This document shows positions 10,777 through 19,081 of a DNA stretch of 64,000 nt, in pieces (the stretch's first letter is position 1; each line of letters opens with the position of its first letter). The notes beneath the pieces were generated by a model. The model searched no databases. It saw nothing but the letters and a program-made list of their open reading frames with translations, and was not told the origin of the DNA. Location of the stretch: positions 100,593 through 164,592 of the forward strand of contig JAAEQR010000142.1 of assembly GCA_024231215.1 (NCBI GenBank). The letters run 5' to 3'. Origin of the DNA: PVC group bacterium (GTDB lineage: Bacteria > Omnitrophota > Gorgyraeia > B26-G9). The position numbers and the translations under genes are program-made.

Positions 10777-12483
10777 ATGGCCGATTATGGAAAACTCGGA
10801 GAATTATTAATCCGCAAAAACATCATCACCGAAGATCAACTGGCTAGCGCGCTGCTCCGACAAAAAAAATCAAATTTAAGATTAGGTGAGGAACTCATAC
10901 GCAGCGGGATGGTCAGGGAAGAGGATATCCTATCCATTCTCGCTGAATCAATGAACATTCCATTCATAAAACTGCGGATAGAAACCATTGATCAACAACT
11001 TATTGATAAAATACCCGCGCGTTTTGTCACCCATTACAACTTTGTACCATTAAAAGAAGATAACGGGACATTAAATATCGCGATAAACGACCCGCTTGAC
11101 CTATACACTATTGATGAAATAAAACTGCTGCTCAAACAACCGCTAAAGATATCTCTGGCAACTTCAGCCGAAATCAATGAAGCAATTAAAAAATACTACG
11201 GAGTTGGGGCAAAAACCATGGCCCAGATGCTCGATGACTCTCAGCAGCTGGAGATAATCTCCCAGAAAGAAAAAACCACAGGAGAAGGCTCTTCAGAAGA
11301 AACAGACGATCCTTCAGTTATAAAATTTATTGATCAAATTATCCGCCAGGCAGTTAAAGAACGCGCCACAGATATTCATATAGAACCCTACGAAGGAAAT
11401 CTTCGTTTACGTTACCGGATAGATGGATTGCTCTATGACGTACCCGTACCTTCAACCATGCATCATTTTCAATCAGCCATAATTATCCGTTTAAAGATCA
11501 TGTCTGATTTAGATATTGCCGAGAAAAGATTACCTCAGGACGGCAGAATAAAAGTAAGAATCGACAGGGAAGACTATGATTTGAGAATTTCCATCCTGCC
11601 CACAAATTTTGGAGAAAGCATAGAAATAAGGATACTTTCCCGCAAACAAATATTTTCTAATCTTACACAATTAGGACTGGATCAATATGGCATGGAAATA
11701 CTCAATACAATGCTTAAACGACCGCATGGAATTATCTTAGTTACCGGGCCTACCGGCAGCGGAAAAACTACGACACTTTACTCATGTCTTAATAAAATTA
11801 ATGCTTCCGAACGTAAAATTATCACAATCGAAGATCCTATAGAATACCAGCTCCAAGGGGTAACCCAAGTACAGGTAAAACCAAAAATAAATCTCACTTT
11901 TGCAGATGGATTACGATCAATGCTTAGACATGACCCGGACATTATGATGGTCGGAGAAATAAGAGACCTGGAAACAGCGGAACTTGCTATCCGTACCGCG
12001 CTAACCGGACATCTGGTATTCAGCACTTTACATACAAATGATGCCCCCGGAGCAACTGCACGGCTTTTAGATATGGGGATTGAACCTTATTTGGTAGCAT
12101 CTTCACTAGACTGCGTTATAGCTCAACGCTTAGTTCGTTTAATATGCCCTCACTGCAAAGAAGAGATTAAGCCACATGCAGAACTATTAAGAGAATTTGA
12201 CATGCAGAATAAAGACAGTAAAAATTTAATTTTTTTCCAAGGTAAAGGCTGTGACCAATGTAACTACACAGGATATTGGGGAAGAACAGCCATATTTGAA
12301 ATTCTAAACGTAAACGACACGATAAAAGAAATGATCCTTAATCGCATACCATCCAACACCATAAAACAAAAAGCAATAAGCATGCAAATGAAAACACTCC
12401 GGCAATCTGGATGGGAAAAGATGGTTGAAGGACTAACAACACCAGAAGAAGTAATTCGAGTCACTCAAGAAGACGCCATATAA
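10777..12483 (+). CDS. gspE: GspE/PilB family secretion/pilus assembly ATPase with N-terminal MshEN domain
   Basis: DIHIEP, GPTGSGKTTT, TIEDPIEY, RHDPDIMMVGEIRD, TGHLVFSTLHTN, CPHC/CDQC; tandem KLGELL/RLGEEL repeats. Confidence 0.93.
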   Translation: MADYGKLGELLIRKNIITEDQLASALLRQKKSNLRLGEELIRSGMVREEDILSILAESMNIPFIKLRIETIDQQLIDKIPARFVTHYNFVPLKEDNGTLNIAINDPLDLYTIDEIKLLLKQPLKISLATSAEINEAIKKYYGVGAKTMAQMLDDSQQLEIISQKEKTTGEGSSEETDDPSVIKFIDQIIRQAVKERATDIHIEPYEGNLRLRYRIDGLLYDVPVPSTMHHFQSAIIIRLKIMSDLDIAEKRLPQDGRIKVRIDREDYDLRISILPTNFGESIEIRILSRKQIFSNLTQLGLDQYGMEILNTMLKRPHGIILVTGPTGSGKTTTLYSCLNKINASERKIITIEDPIEYQLQGVTQVQVKPKINLTFADGLRSMLRHDPDIMMVGEIRDLETAELAIRTALTGHLVFSTLHTNDAPGATARLLDMGIEPYLVASSLDCVIAQRLVRLICPHCKEEIKPHAELLREFDMQNKDSKNLIFFQGKGCDQCNYTGYWGRTAIFEILNVNDTIKEMILNRIPSNTIKQKAISMQMKTLRQSGWEKMVEGLTTPEEVIRVTQEDAI

Positions 12484-12488
12484 AAACT

Positions 12489-13694
12489 ATGCCTGTATAT
12501 GCCTATAAAGCAAAAGTTAAACCTGATGTTTTCAAAACCGGGACTATTGAAGCCGACAGCGAAAAGGCTGCGGTAAATAAGCTTCTCCAGCTTAATTATC
12601 ACCCAATTTCCATCTCTCAAGAATCAGAAAAACGTTTGCAAAAATACCGTCTTTTTCAAAAACTAAGCAGTAAAGATGTGTATATTTTCCTTCGCCAATT
12701 ATCAAATTTAATCAGCGCCGGGTTGCCTCTGGCAAAAGCACTGCATAACATAAGTGTTCAAAGCAATAATCCAAAACTGCGTCCGATTGTAACAGCCTTA
12801 AAAGAAAAAATACAAAAAGGAAAAACACTTTCGGAAGCTTTTGCCGATTCCCCTAATGTATTCACATCCCTGGAAATCAGTATGATCAAATCAGGAGAAA
12901 CCAGCGGAACATTAGCCGCAGTAATTACTAAAATTGCCGATTTAAAAGAAAATGATATCGCGTTCACTACAAAAATCAAAAATGCTCTAGCCTATCCAAT
13001 CCTTTTATTAGTCTCGGGGATACTCATGCTTTTTGTATTAGCTACATTTGTTTTTCCCAGGTTCATATCCTTATTTCAAGATTTAGGCCAGGATCTGCCA
13101 TTCATTACTCAAGTTTTAATTACAATAAGCCTTTTTATGAAAAAATTCTGGTTACTTATTATTGCAGGACTAGTCATTATGGGCACATTCTTCTCCGGAT
13201 ACCTCAAAACTGAACAAGGAAAACTCTGGTTTGATAAACTAAAATTTAATATTCCAATCATTAAAAATGTAATTATTAAAATTCAAATCAGCCGTTTCGC
13301 CAGAACTCTAGGCAGCCTAATTGAAAACGGTGTTCCTATACTTAATTCCTTGCAAGTTGTAAGTGAAGTTGCCAGCAATAAAGTATTTGCCCAGGAAATA
13401 AAAAACATTCATTCTCAGGTAGCAAAAGGGAAACACATAAGCGAAACTTTGAAAAAAAATACTGTTTTTGATAAAAACACATTAGACCTTATTAGTGTCG
13501 GCGAAGAAAGCGGACAATTAGAACAAATGCTTTTTCGTATCGCGCAAATGAATGAAAGCGAATCCACTCAACAAATAGAATCACTGGTATTCATGCTGGA
13601 ACCAACATTAATACTACTACTGGGAGGATTTATTGCCTTTATTGTTTTTGCAATTCTTTTGCCAATTTTCGAGATGAATCTTTTAATCCAATAA
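12489..13694 (+). CDS. gspF: GspF/PilC inner-membrane platform protein
   Basis: RQLSNLISAGLPL, GETSGTL, ALAYP, GVPIL, GEESGQL, LEP; three TM segments. Confidence 0.93.
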   Translation: MPVYAYKAKVKPDVFKTGTIEADSEKAAVNKLLQLNYHPISISQESEKRLQKYRLFQKLSSKDVYIFLRQLSNLISAGLPLAKALHNISVQSNNPKLRPIVTALKEKIQKGKTLSEAFADSPNVFTSLEISMIKSGETSGTLAAVITKIADLKENDIAFTTKIKNALAYPILLLVSGILMLFVLATFVFPRFISLFQDLGQDLPFITQVLITISLFMKKFWLLIIAGLVIMGTFFSGYLKTEQGKLWFDKLKFNIPIIKNVIIKIQISRFARTLGSLIENGVPILNSLQVVSEVASNKVFAQEIKNIHSQVAKGKHISETLKKNTVFDKNTLDLISVGEESGQLEQMLFRIAQMNESESTQQIESLVFMLEPTLILLLGGFIAFIVFAILLPIFEMNLLIQ

Positions 13695-13704
13695 CGGAGG
13701 AATC

Positions 13705-14136
13705 ATGAATAAGAATTTTATGTACAAATCAGGGTTTACTTTAATTGAGTTAATGCTGGTAATCGTGATCATCGCCACACTTGCTGCTGTAGTTATGCCT
13801 CGTTTTACCGGCAAAGCAGAAATTGCCAGGATTACAGCCGCAAAAGCAGAAATCTTATCAAACATACCCCTAGCACTTGATCTCTATGAATTAGATAACG
13901 GTAGTTTCCCTAGTACCGAGCAGGGAATATCTGCTTTAGTTAAAAAACCAAACATTGCCCCTTTACCAAAAAACTGGAGCGGCCCCTATTTAAAGAAAAA
14001 ACCAATTGATCCCTGGGGAACTCCTTATACCTATATTAGTCCCGGAGTACACAATAAAAACGACTATGATTTATATTCTATGGGTAAAGACGGCGTAGAA
14101 GGCGGTGGGGATGATATCACCAATTGGGAAGAATAA
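13705..14136 (+). CDS. gspG: Major pseudopilin GspG
   Basis: G|FTLIELM prepilin site; YELDNG.FP, W.GPYL, DPWG..Y.Y, GKDG...DDI.NW. Confidence 0.95.
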   Translation: MNKNFMYKSGFTLIELMLVIVIIATLAAVVMPRFTGKAEIARITAAKAEILSNIPLALDLYELDNGSFPSTEQGISALVKKPNIAPLPKNWSGPYLKKKPIDPWGTPYTYISPGVHNKNDYDLYSMGKDGVEGGGDDITNWEE

Positions 14137-14605
14137 CGGCTTTACATTAATAGAACTACTTTCGGTAATTCTGCTTCTTGTGGTATTAATAACACTAAGT
14201 GTTCCAACCATGGCAAAAACTGCCCGCAGTTTTTATTTTAGGAATAAAGTAAAAACCATCACCGCACTTTTAGAATACGTTAGAAAAACATCCATCGTTG
14301 AAGAACGCACTTACAAATTCATCATCGATTCCGAAACAAATTCATATGAGATTAAATATGAAGACCTAACATTGCTTTACGATGATAAATTCAAAGCCGT
14401 TAATAATTCCATTATGCGCTCTCAAACTCTGCCCGAAGGATTTAACCTAAAAACCTCCGAATCAGAAGAAGAAACAGAAGAAATATTATTCACCTCTGAA
14501 GGAGGCATAACACATATAGAATTATACATCCATGATCAAAAAAATCATTTAGCAAAAATAACAACTACAGTAAGCGGAGAAATATCTGCGGAGTTTTTAC
14601 AATGA
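14105..14605 (+). CDS. Minor pseudopilin (GspH/FimT-like)
   Basis: G|FTLIELL class III signal followed by a hydrophobic helix; start could be ATG 14111. Confidence 0.85.
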   Translation: MGMISPIGKNNGFTLIELLSVILLLVVLITLSVPTMAKTARSFYFRNKVKTITALLEYVRKTSIVEERTYKFIIDSETNSYEIKYEDLTLLYDDKFKAVNNSIMRSQTLPEGFNLKTSESEEETEEILFTSEGGITHIELYIHDQKNHLAKITTTVSGEISAEFLQ

Positions 14606-14967
14606 AACAAAACAATACAGGTTTTATATTACTAGAGGTACTAACCGCGCTGGTAATCCTAACTCTTGGCATTCTGGTTATAATCCGGTCTTTATCTGTG
14701 GTTATTAAAAGCAACCGTCTTATCCAAAACCATACTTTGGCCGTTATTATTAGTGATAATATCTTTAACCGCATAGAAGCAAAAGAAAAAATAATCCCTC
14801 CTGAGAAAGTAAGCTTATTAGGGAAAAATTTTAATATAGAACAAGACATAACCGCTATAAATGATCTTTTTAAAAAATATTCTTTAAAAACCACCTGGGA
14901 AGAAGCCGGTAAAAATAATACTATTAACTTTAGCACCACAATAATTGATCCTGAACACCGCCTATAA
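14602..14967 (+). CDS. Minor pseudopilin (GspI/PilV-like)
   Basis: G|FILLEVL class III signal; ATGA overlap. Confidence 0.85.
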   Translation: MKQNNTGFILLEVLTALVILTLGILVIIRSLSVVIKSNRLIQNHTLAVIISDNIFNRIEAKEKIIPPEKVSLLGKNFNIEQDITAINDLFKKYSLKTTWEEAGKNNTINFSTTIIDPEHRL

Positions 14968-14984
14968 ATTAACTACATACAGGA

Positions 14985-15013
14985 TTGACAATTTATAGAA
15001 CTAGTTATAAACT
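14985..15013 (+). promoter_or_regulatory. Sigma70-type promoter of the FIST operon
   Basis: TTGACA-17 bp-TAAACT just upstream of ATG 15023 (little or no leader). Confidence 0.55.
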
Positions 15014-15022
15014 AATACTATT

Positions 15023-16213
15023 ATGGATATTTCAGTAGGGATTGGAAAGAGCAAAGAACTTGATTCATTCGCAGCCGGAGCATTAGCATCATCCGATGCA
15101 CTGGATAAGATGGGAAGGACGGATCCTGATATTCTGTTCTGCTTTGCCTCATCACGTTTTGACCATCACCAGTTGATCCGGGGGATAAAAAGTAATATAA
15201 CATCAGCGCCTCTAGTCGGATGCACAACCGCCGGAGAAATAACATCAGATGGCCCGGACACAAAATCAGTAGTTATTATGGCCCTTAAATCTTCGCGAAT
15301 ACATGCGGCATTAGGGATCGGAAAGAAAATAAGTCAAAATTCGCGTTCCGCTGGACAAGAAGTTTCCAGAGATACCGTAATAAAAACACGCCGAGGAGCA
15401 ATCAGGCATGCGTTTATGATGTTTCCTGACGGACTTAAAGGCAATAGCGCGGATATAATCCGCGGTATTCAGGAAGTACTGGGAACAAGCTTTCCGATTG
15501 TCGGTGGAGCTGCGGCAGATGACTTTTTATTTCAAAACACTTATCAGTACTATGATGATGGGGTTTACGAAGACTGTGTAGGCGGAGTTCTTTTTTCCGG
15601 AGATATCAGTGTGGGAATCGGAGCTAGACACGGCTGGTATCCTTTAGGAAAACCGCGGATTGTAACTGAAGCAGAACATAACATAATTCGAAAACTGGAC
15701 GGCAAGCCCGCAGCTAGAATATATGAGGATTATTTTGGCAAAAGAGTCGCTGATTTACAAAATGAACCTATGGCCAGAATGTCGGTTATGTATCCATTAG
15801 GCATGACCATCCCCGAAGAAGAAGAATGTATCGTTAGAAACGCCTTAAGGGTAGATAAAGACGGCGCTCTGATTTGTGCGGGAGAAGTACCTAAAGGCTC
15901 AGAAATTCGAGTAATGATGGGTTCTAAAGAAACCGCGCTTAAAGCAGCAAAAAAAGCTGCGGAAGTTGCTCTCGGAGCTCTTCGCAAACGCAAAGCAAAG
16001 TTAGTATTTATTTTTGATTCTGTATCACGCGCTAAATTATTTGGAAGAAATGCCGCCCAGGAAATAGAAGTCGTTAAAAATATTTTCGGGAAAGAAACCC
16101 CAATAATCGGCTTTTATACTTACGGAGAGCAAGCACCCTTAGGTGCTACTATTAATTTAGGACAAACATTTTTCCACAACGAAACTATAGTTGTGTTTGC
16201 AATTGGAGAATAG
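15023..16213 (+). CDS. FIST N/C domain sensory protein (NosP-like)
   Basis: VGCTTAGEI, IVGGAAAD, HGWYPLG, IGFYTYGEQ, FHNET motifs. Confidence 0.9.
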   Translation: MDISVGIGKSKELDSFAAGALASSDALDKMGRTDPDILFCFASSRFDHHQLIRGIKSNITSAPLVGCTTAGEITSDGPDTKSVVIMALKSSRIHAALGIGKKISQNSRSAGQEVSRDTVIKTRRGAIRHAFMMFPDGLKGNSADIIRGIQEVLGTSFPIVGGAAADDFLFQNTYQYYDDGVYEDCVGGVLFSGDISVGIGARHGWYPLGKPRIVTEAEHNIIRKLDGKPAARIYEDYFGKRVADLQNEPMARMSVMYPLGMTIPEEEECIVRNALRVDKDGALICAGEVPKGSEIRVMMGSKETALKAAKKAAEVALGALRKRKAKLVFIFDSVSRAKLFGRNAAQEIEVVKNIFGKETPIIGFYTYGEQAPLGATINLGQTFFHNETIVVFAIGE

Positions 16214-16218
16214 ATTCA

Positions 16219-17805
16219 ATGAAAATTAATATTTGGCTTATCTTAATTATCGGAGCAGCCGTCTTAAGTGTAGTGGTCATTGTTAATAGCATGGTTGCTA
16301 AACTTATGGGTGGATTTATCCTGCTTGTTTTGCTGGCTTATCTGGCTGAAATGTCTCGCGAAGACAGAGAACAAATAGCCAAGATGCAGCGAGCGTTAGA
16401 TAAATTAAGAAACGCCTACAGCGAACTGGATGAACAGGCCAAGATTATCATCCGTACTGACTTAGAATTAAATCGCACTCAAGAAGAGTTAGATAAAAAA
16501 ATTAACGGATTATATACCCTGCACGAACTGGGTAAACTTATGGGCGCCACGCTTGATGTCCAAAAACTATTCACACAGATAACCGAACCGCTAATTCTCA
16601 AACTTGGTTTTGAAAAAACAATCATTTGCATCACTGAAAAAAGTGGAAGCAATAAACAGCCTCAATGTAAAGCTTGTATTGGTTTTGAACAAATATTCAT
16701 ACAAAAACTCCAAGAGCAAAGTCTTGAAAATGAATTCCTTAAAAATGTTTTTGAAAAAGGAACCGCAATCCTGGTAAAAAACAAGGATTCAGCATCAGAT
16801 CAAGAACGGATATGGCTTAAATTTTTCGATGTATCATCTTTTGTTATTGTGCCAATTGTAATAAAAGAACATGTTCAGGGATACATCTTTGTCGGAAACA
16901 CTAATCCCTACAGCCATATTTCAGAAGGGGATATTGATTTATTGTTTATCCTTTCAAACCAGATTGCCGGATCAGTAGAAACTGCCCGTCTTTACGAAGA
17001 ATTAAAACATTCTCACGACCAATTAGAAATCAGGGTACAGGAAAGAACAAAAGAACTTGCAGAAGCAAATCAAAAACTTGTAAAACTCGACAAAATGAAA
17101 TCCGACTTTGTATCTGCGGTTTCTCATGAATTGAGAACTCCACTAACGTCAATTAAAGGATACGCCGCAATCATGATGGCCGGCAGATTAGGAGAAGTCA
17201 CAGAAATACAACAAGAAAAACTTAAAAAGATCAACGTACATAGCGACGAGTTAATTCAATTGGTAAATGATCTTTTAGATATTGCACGGATTGAATCCGG
17301 GCGGATCGGTATGAGCATAAAACATGCTTCTTTAACAGAAATAATAAAAAGCATAGCTGATTTATTTTTTCCGCAAACCGACGAAAAAGATATCAATATG
17401 GTTCTCGATATGCCGGAAGATCAATTAATGGTCTGGATGGATCCCAGTCAAATATCCCGTGTATTCATTAATTTAATTGGTAATGCCATGAAGTTTACTC
17501 CGCAAAATGGAGAAATTTCCATAAAAGTAAAACCAGGAGAAGATTTTATCACTGTGGAAGTCTCAGATAGCGGAATTGGGATAAGCAAAGAAGATATGGC
17601 TAGAATTTTTGATGAATTCTATCGTGTTGACAACGCGATCAATGTAGAAAAGAAAGGGACAGGATTAGGTCTCTCTCTGGTAAATAAAATTATTACCGCA
17701 CACAAAGGCAAACTTTGGGTAAGCAGTGAACTAGGTAAAGGAACAACTTTCCACTTCACATTATCTACTAAGCAGGTAGAAGACTCACATATAACCGTGG
17801 ACTAA
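16219..17805 (+). CDS. Membrane GAF-sensor histidine kinase
   Basis: Two N-terminal TM segments, GAF, H-box SHELRTPL, N-box NLIGNAMKF, DSGIG, GTGLGL. Confidence 0.93.
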   Translation: MKINIWLILIIGAAVLSVVVIVNSMVAKLMGGFILLVLLAYLAEMSREDREQIAKMQRALDKLRNAYSELDEQAKIIIRTDLELNRTQEELDKKINGLYTLHELGKLMGATLDVQKLFTQITEPLILKLGFEKTIICITEKSGSNKQPQCKACIGFEQIFIQKLQEQSLENEFLKNVFEKGTAILVKNKDSASDQERIWLKFFDVSSFVIVPIVIKEHVQGYIFVGNTNPYSHISEGDIDLLFILSNQIAGSVETARLYEELKHSHDQLEIRVQERTKELAEANQKLVKLDKMKSDFVSAVSHELRTPLTSIKGYAAIMMAGRLGEVTEIQQEKLKKINVHSDELIQLVNDLLDIARIESGRIGMSIKHASLTEIIKSIADLFFPQTDEKDINMVLDMPEDQLMVWMDPSQISRVFINLIGNAMKFTPQNGEISIKVKPGEDFITVEVSDSGIGISKEDMARIFDEFYRVDNAINVEKKGTGLGLSLVNKIITAHKGKLWVSSELGKGTTFHFTLSTKQVEDSHITVD

Positions 17806-17833
17806 CAAAAACATCGCACAGGGAGTTCCAGAT

Positions 17834-18775
17834 ATGAGAAAACAAAAAATACTTATTGTTGATGACGAGCCGGATATCCGGGATGTTTTAAAGATAACCC
17901 TGGAATGCGAAGGATATGATGTACAAGAAGCATGTGACGGAGTAGATGGTTTGGCAAAAGTAAATAAAGTCTCTCCAGACCTTGTAATATTAGATAATAA
18001 TATGCCTAAAATGACGGGACAGGAAGTTTGTGAAATATTAAAAAAAGATATCTTGTTAAGACATATGCCGATAATAATGCTCACCGGCAAAGGAGATATT
18101 CAGGATAAAGTCAAAGGCTTAGACGCCGGCGCAGATGACTATATCGTAAAGCCATTTGAACCTCAGGAACTAGTCGCCAGAATAAAAATGATCTTACGCC
18201 GCTCTTCCCGGGATTTAGACGCAAATCCGTTAAGCCGCTTACCAGGCAATATCACGATTATGAGCGAACTAGAAGCAGCAATCCACAGCGGAAAACAGTT
18301 TGCCGTATGTTATCTAGACTTAGACAAGTTCAAATCTTTTAATGACACTTATGGCTTTGAACACGGAGATGAAGTTATTAGAGAGACAGCCCGAATAATT
18401 TTAAGTACTGCAAATGAAATTGGCAACAAAGAAGACTTTGTCGGACATATCGGGGGCGATGATTTTGTCATCCTTACTACAATAGAAAAATCGGACGAAT
18501 TATCTCAAGTTATTATTGATGCATTTGACAAGACAGCTCCAGCCTTTTATAACAAAGAAGATCGGGAACGTAATTGTATAATTGCTAAAGATCGGCAGGG
18601 CAATGTGCAAAAAATTCCACTTATCTCAATTTCTATCGGTATTGTTACTAATGAATATCGTACTATTTCTCATGTAGCAGAGATCGGAGAAATCGGGGCA
18701 GAACTAAAAAAACTAGCAAAATCAAAAGAACACAGTAACTTTGTGAGAGACAGCCGGAAAGATGAAGCCGCCTAA
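17834..18775 (+). CDS. Response regulator with GGDEF (GGDDF) diguanylate cyclase domain
   Basis: REC (IVDDE, ILDNNMP, KPF) followed by DLDKFK.FND.YG..GD and HIGGDDF. Confidence 0.92.
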   Translation: MRKQKILIVDDEPDIRDVLKITLECEGYDVQEACDGVDGLAKVNKVSPDLVILDNNMPKMTGQEVCEILKKDILLRHMPIIMLTGKGDIQDKVKGLDAGADDYIVKPFEPQELVARIKMILRRSSRDLDANPLSRLPGNITIMSELEAAIHSGKQFAVCYLDLDKFKSFNDTYGFEHGDEVIRETARIILSTANEIGNKEDFVGHIGGDDFVILTTIEKSDELSQVIIDAFDKTAPAFYNKEDRERNCIIAKDRQGNVQKIPLISISIGIVTNEYRTISHVAEIGEIGAELKKLAKSKEHSNFVRDSRKDEAA

Positions 18776-19081
18776 ACAACCCACAGAACACGATTTTTGG
18801 TTTGTATCTAAGATACGTCAGAATAACGATATTTCCCGCCTTAATAAACGACAGCAACGTATTCTAGAAAAAGTAAGGCTCTGGGAGAAATTTAACGGCC
18901 CCCAGGACCAGAAGAAATGGAATTTCTAGAAACACCTCCCGCATACTTATAACTCATTGTTTTTAAAGAAGTTACCTCTTGAAAAATAACTCTCTTTCGC
19001 ATTGTTTTTCTAATAAATATATGGTATAATTTATTACCTTTTTTAGACCACATATAAGCAACCACATAAACTATTGATGGG

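Noticed and set aside
12466-12483. GspE ends in EDAI, resembling the QAI tail
   Set aside because: Cytoplasmic ATPase with no signal peptide or LSP motif; coincidental.
17834-18775. Possible Hypr GGDEF (cGAMP synthase)
   Set aside because: The specificity Asp is retained (YGFEHGD) rather than Ser/Thr.
18776-19081. Intergenic region with two TTCTAGAA palindromes, considered as a riboswitch or 6S RNA
   Set aside because: No recognisable conserved RNA motif by eye; would need an Rfam scan.
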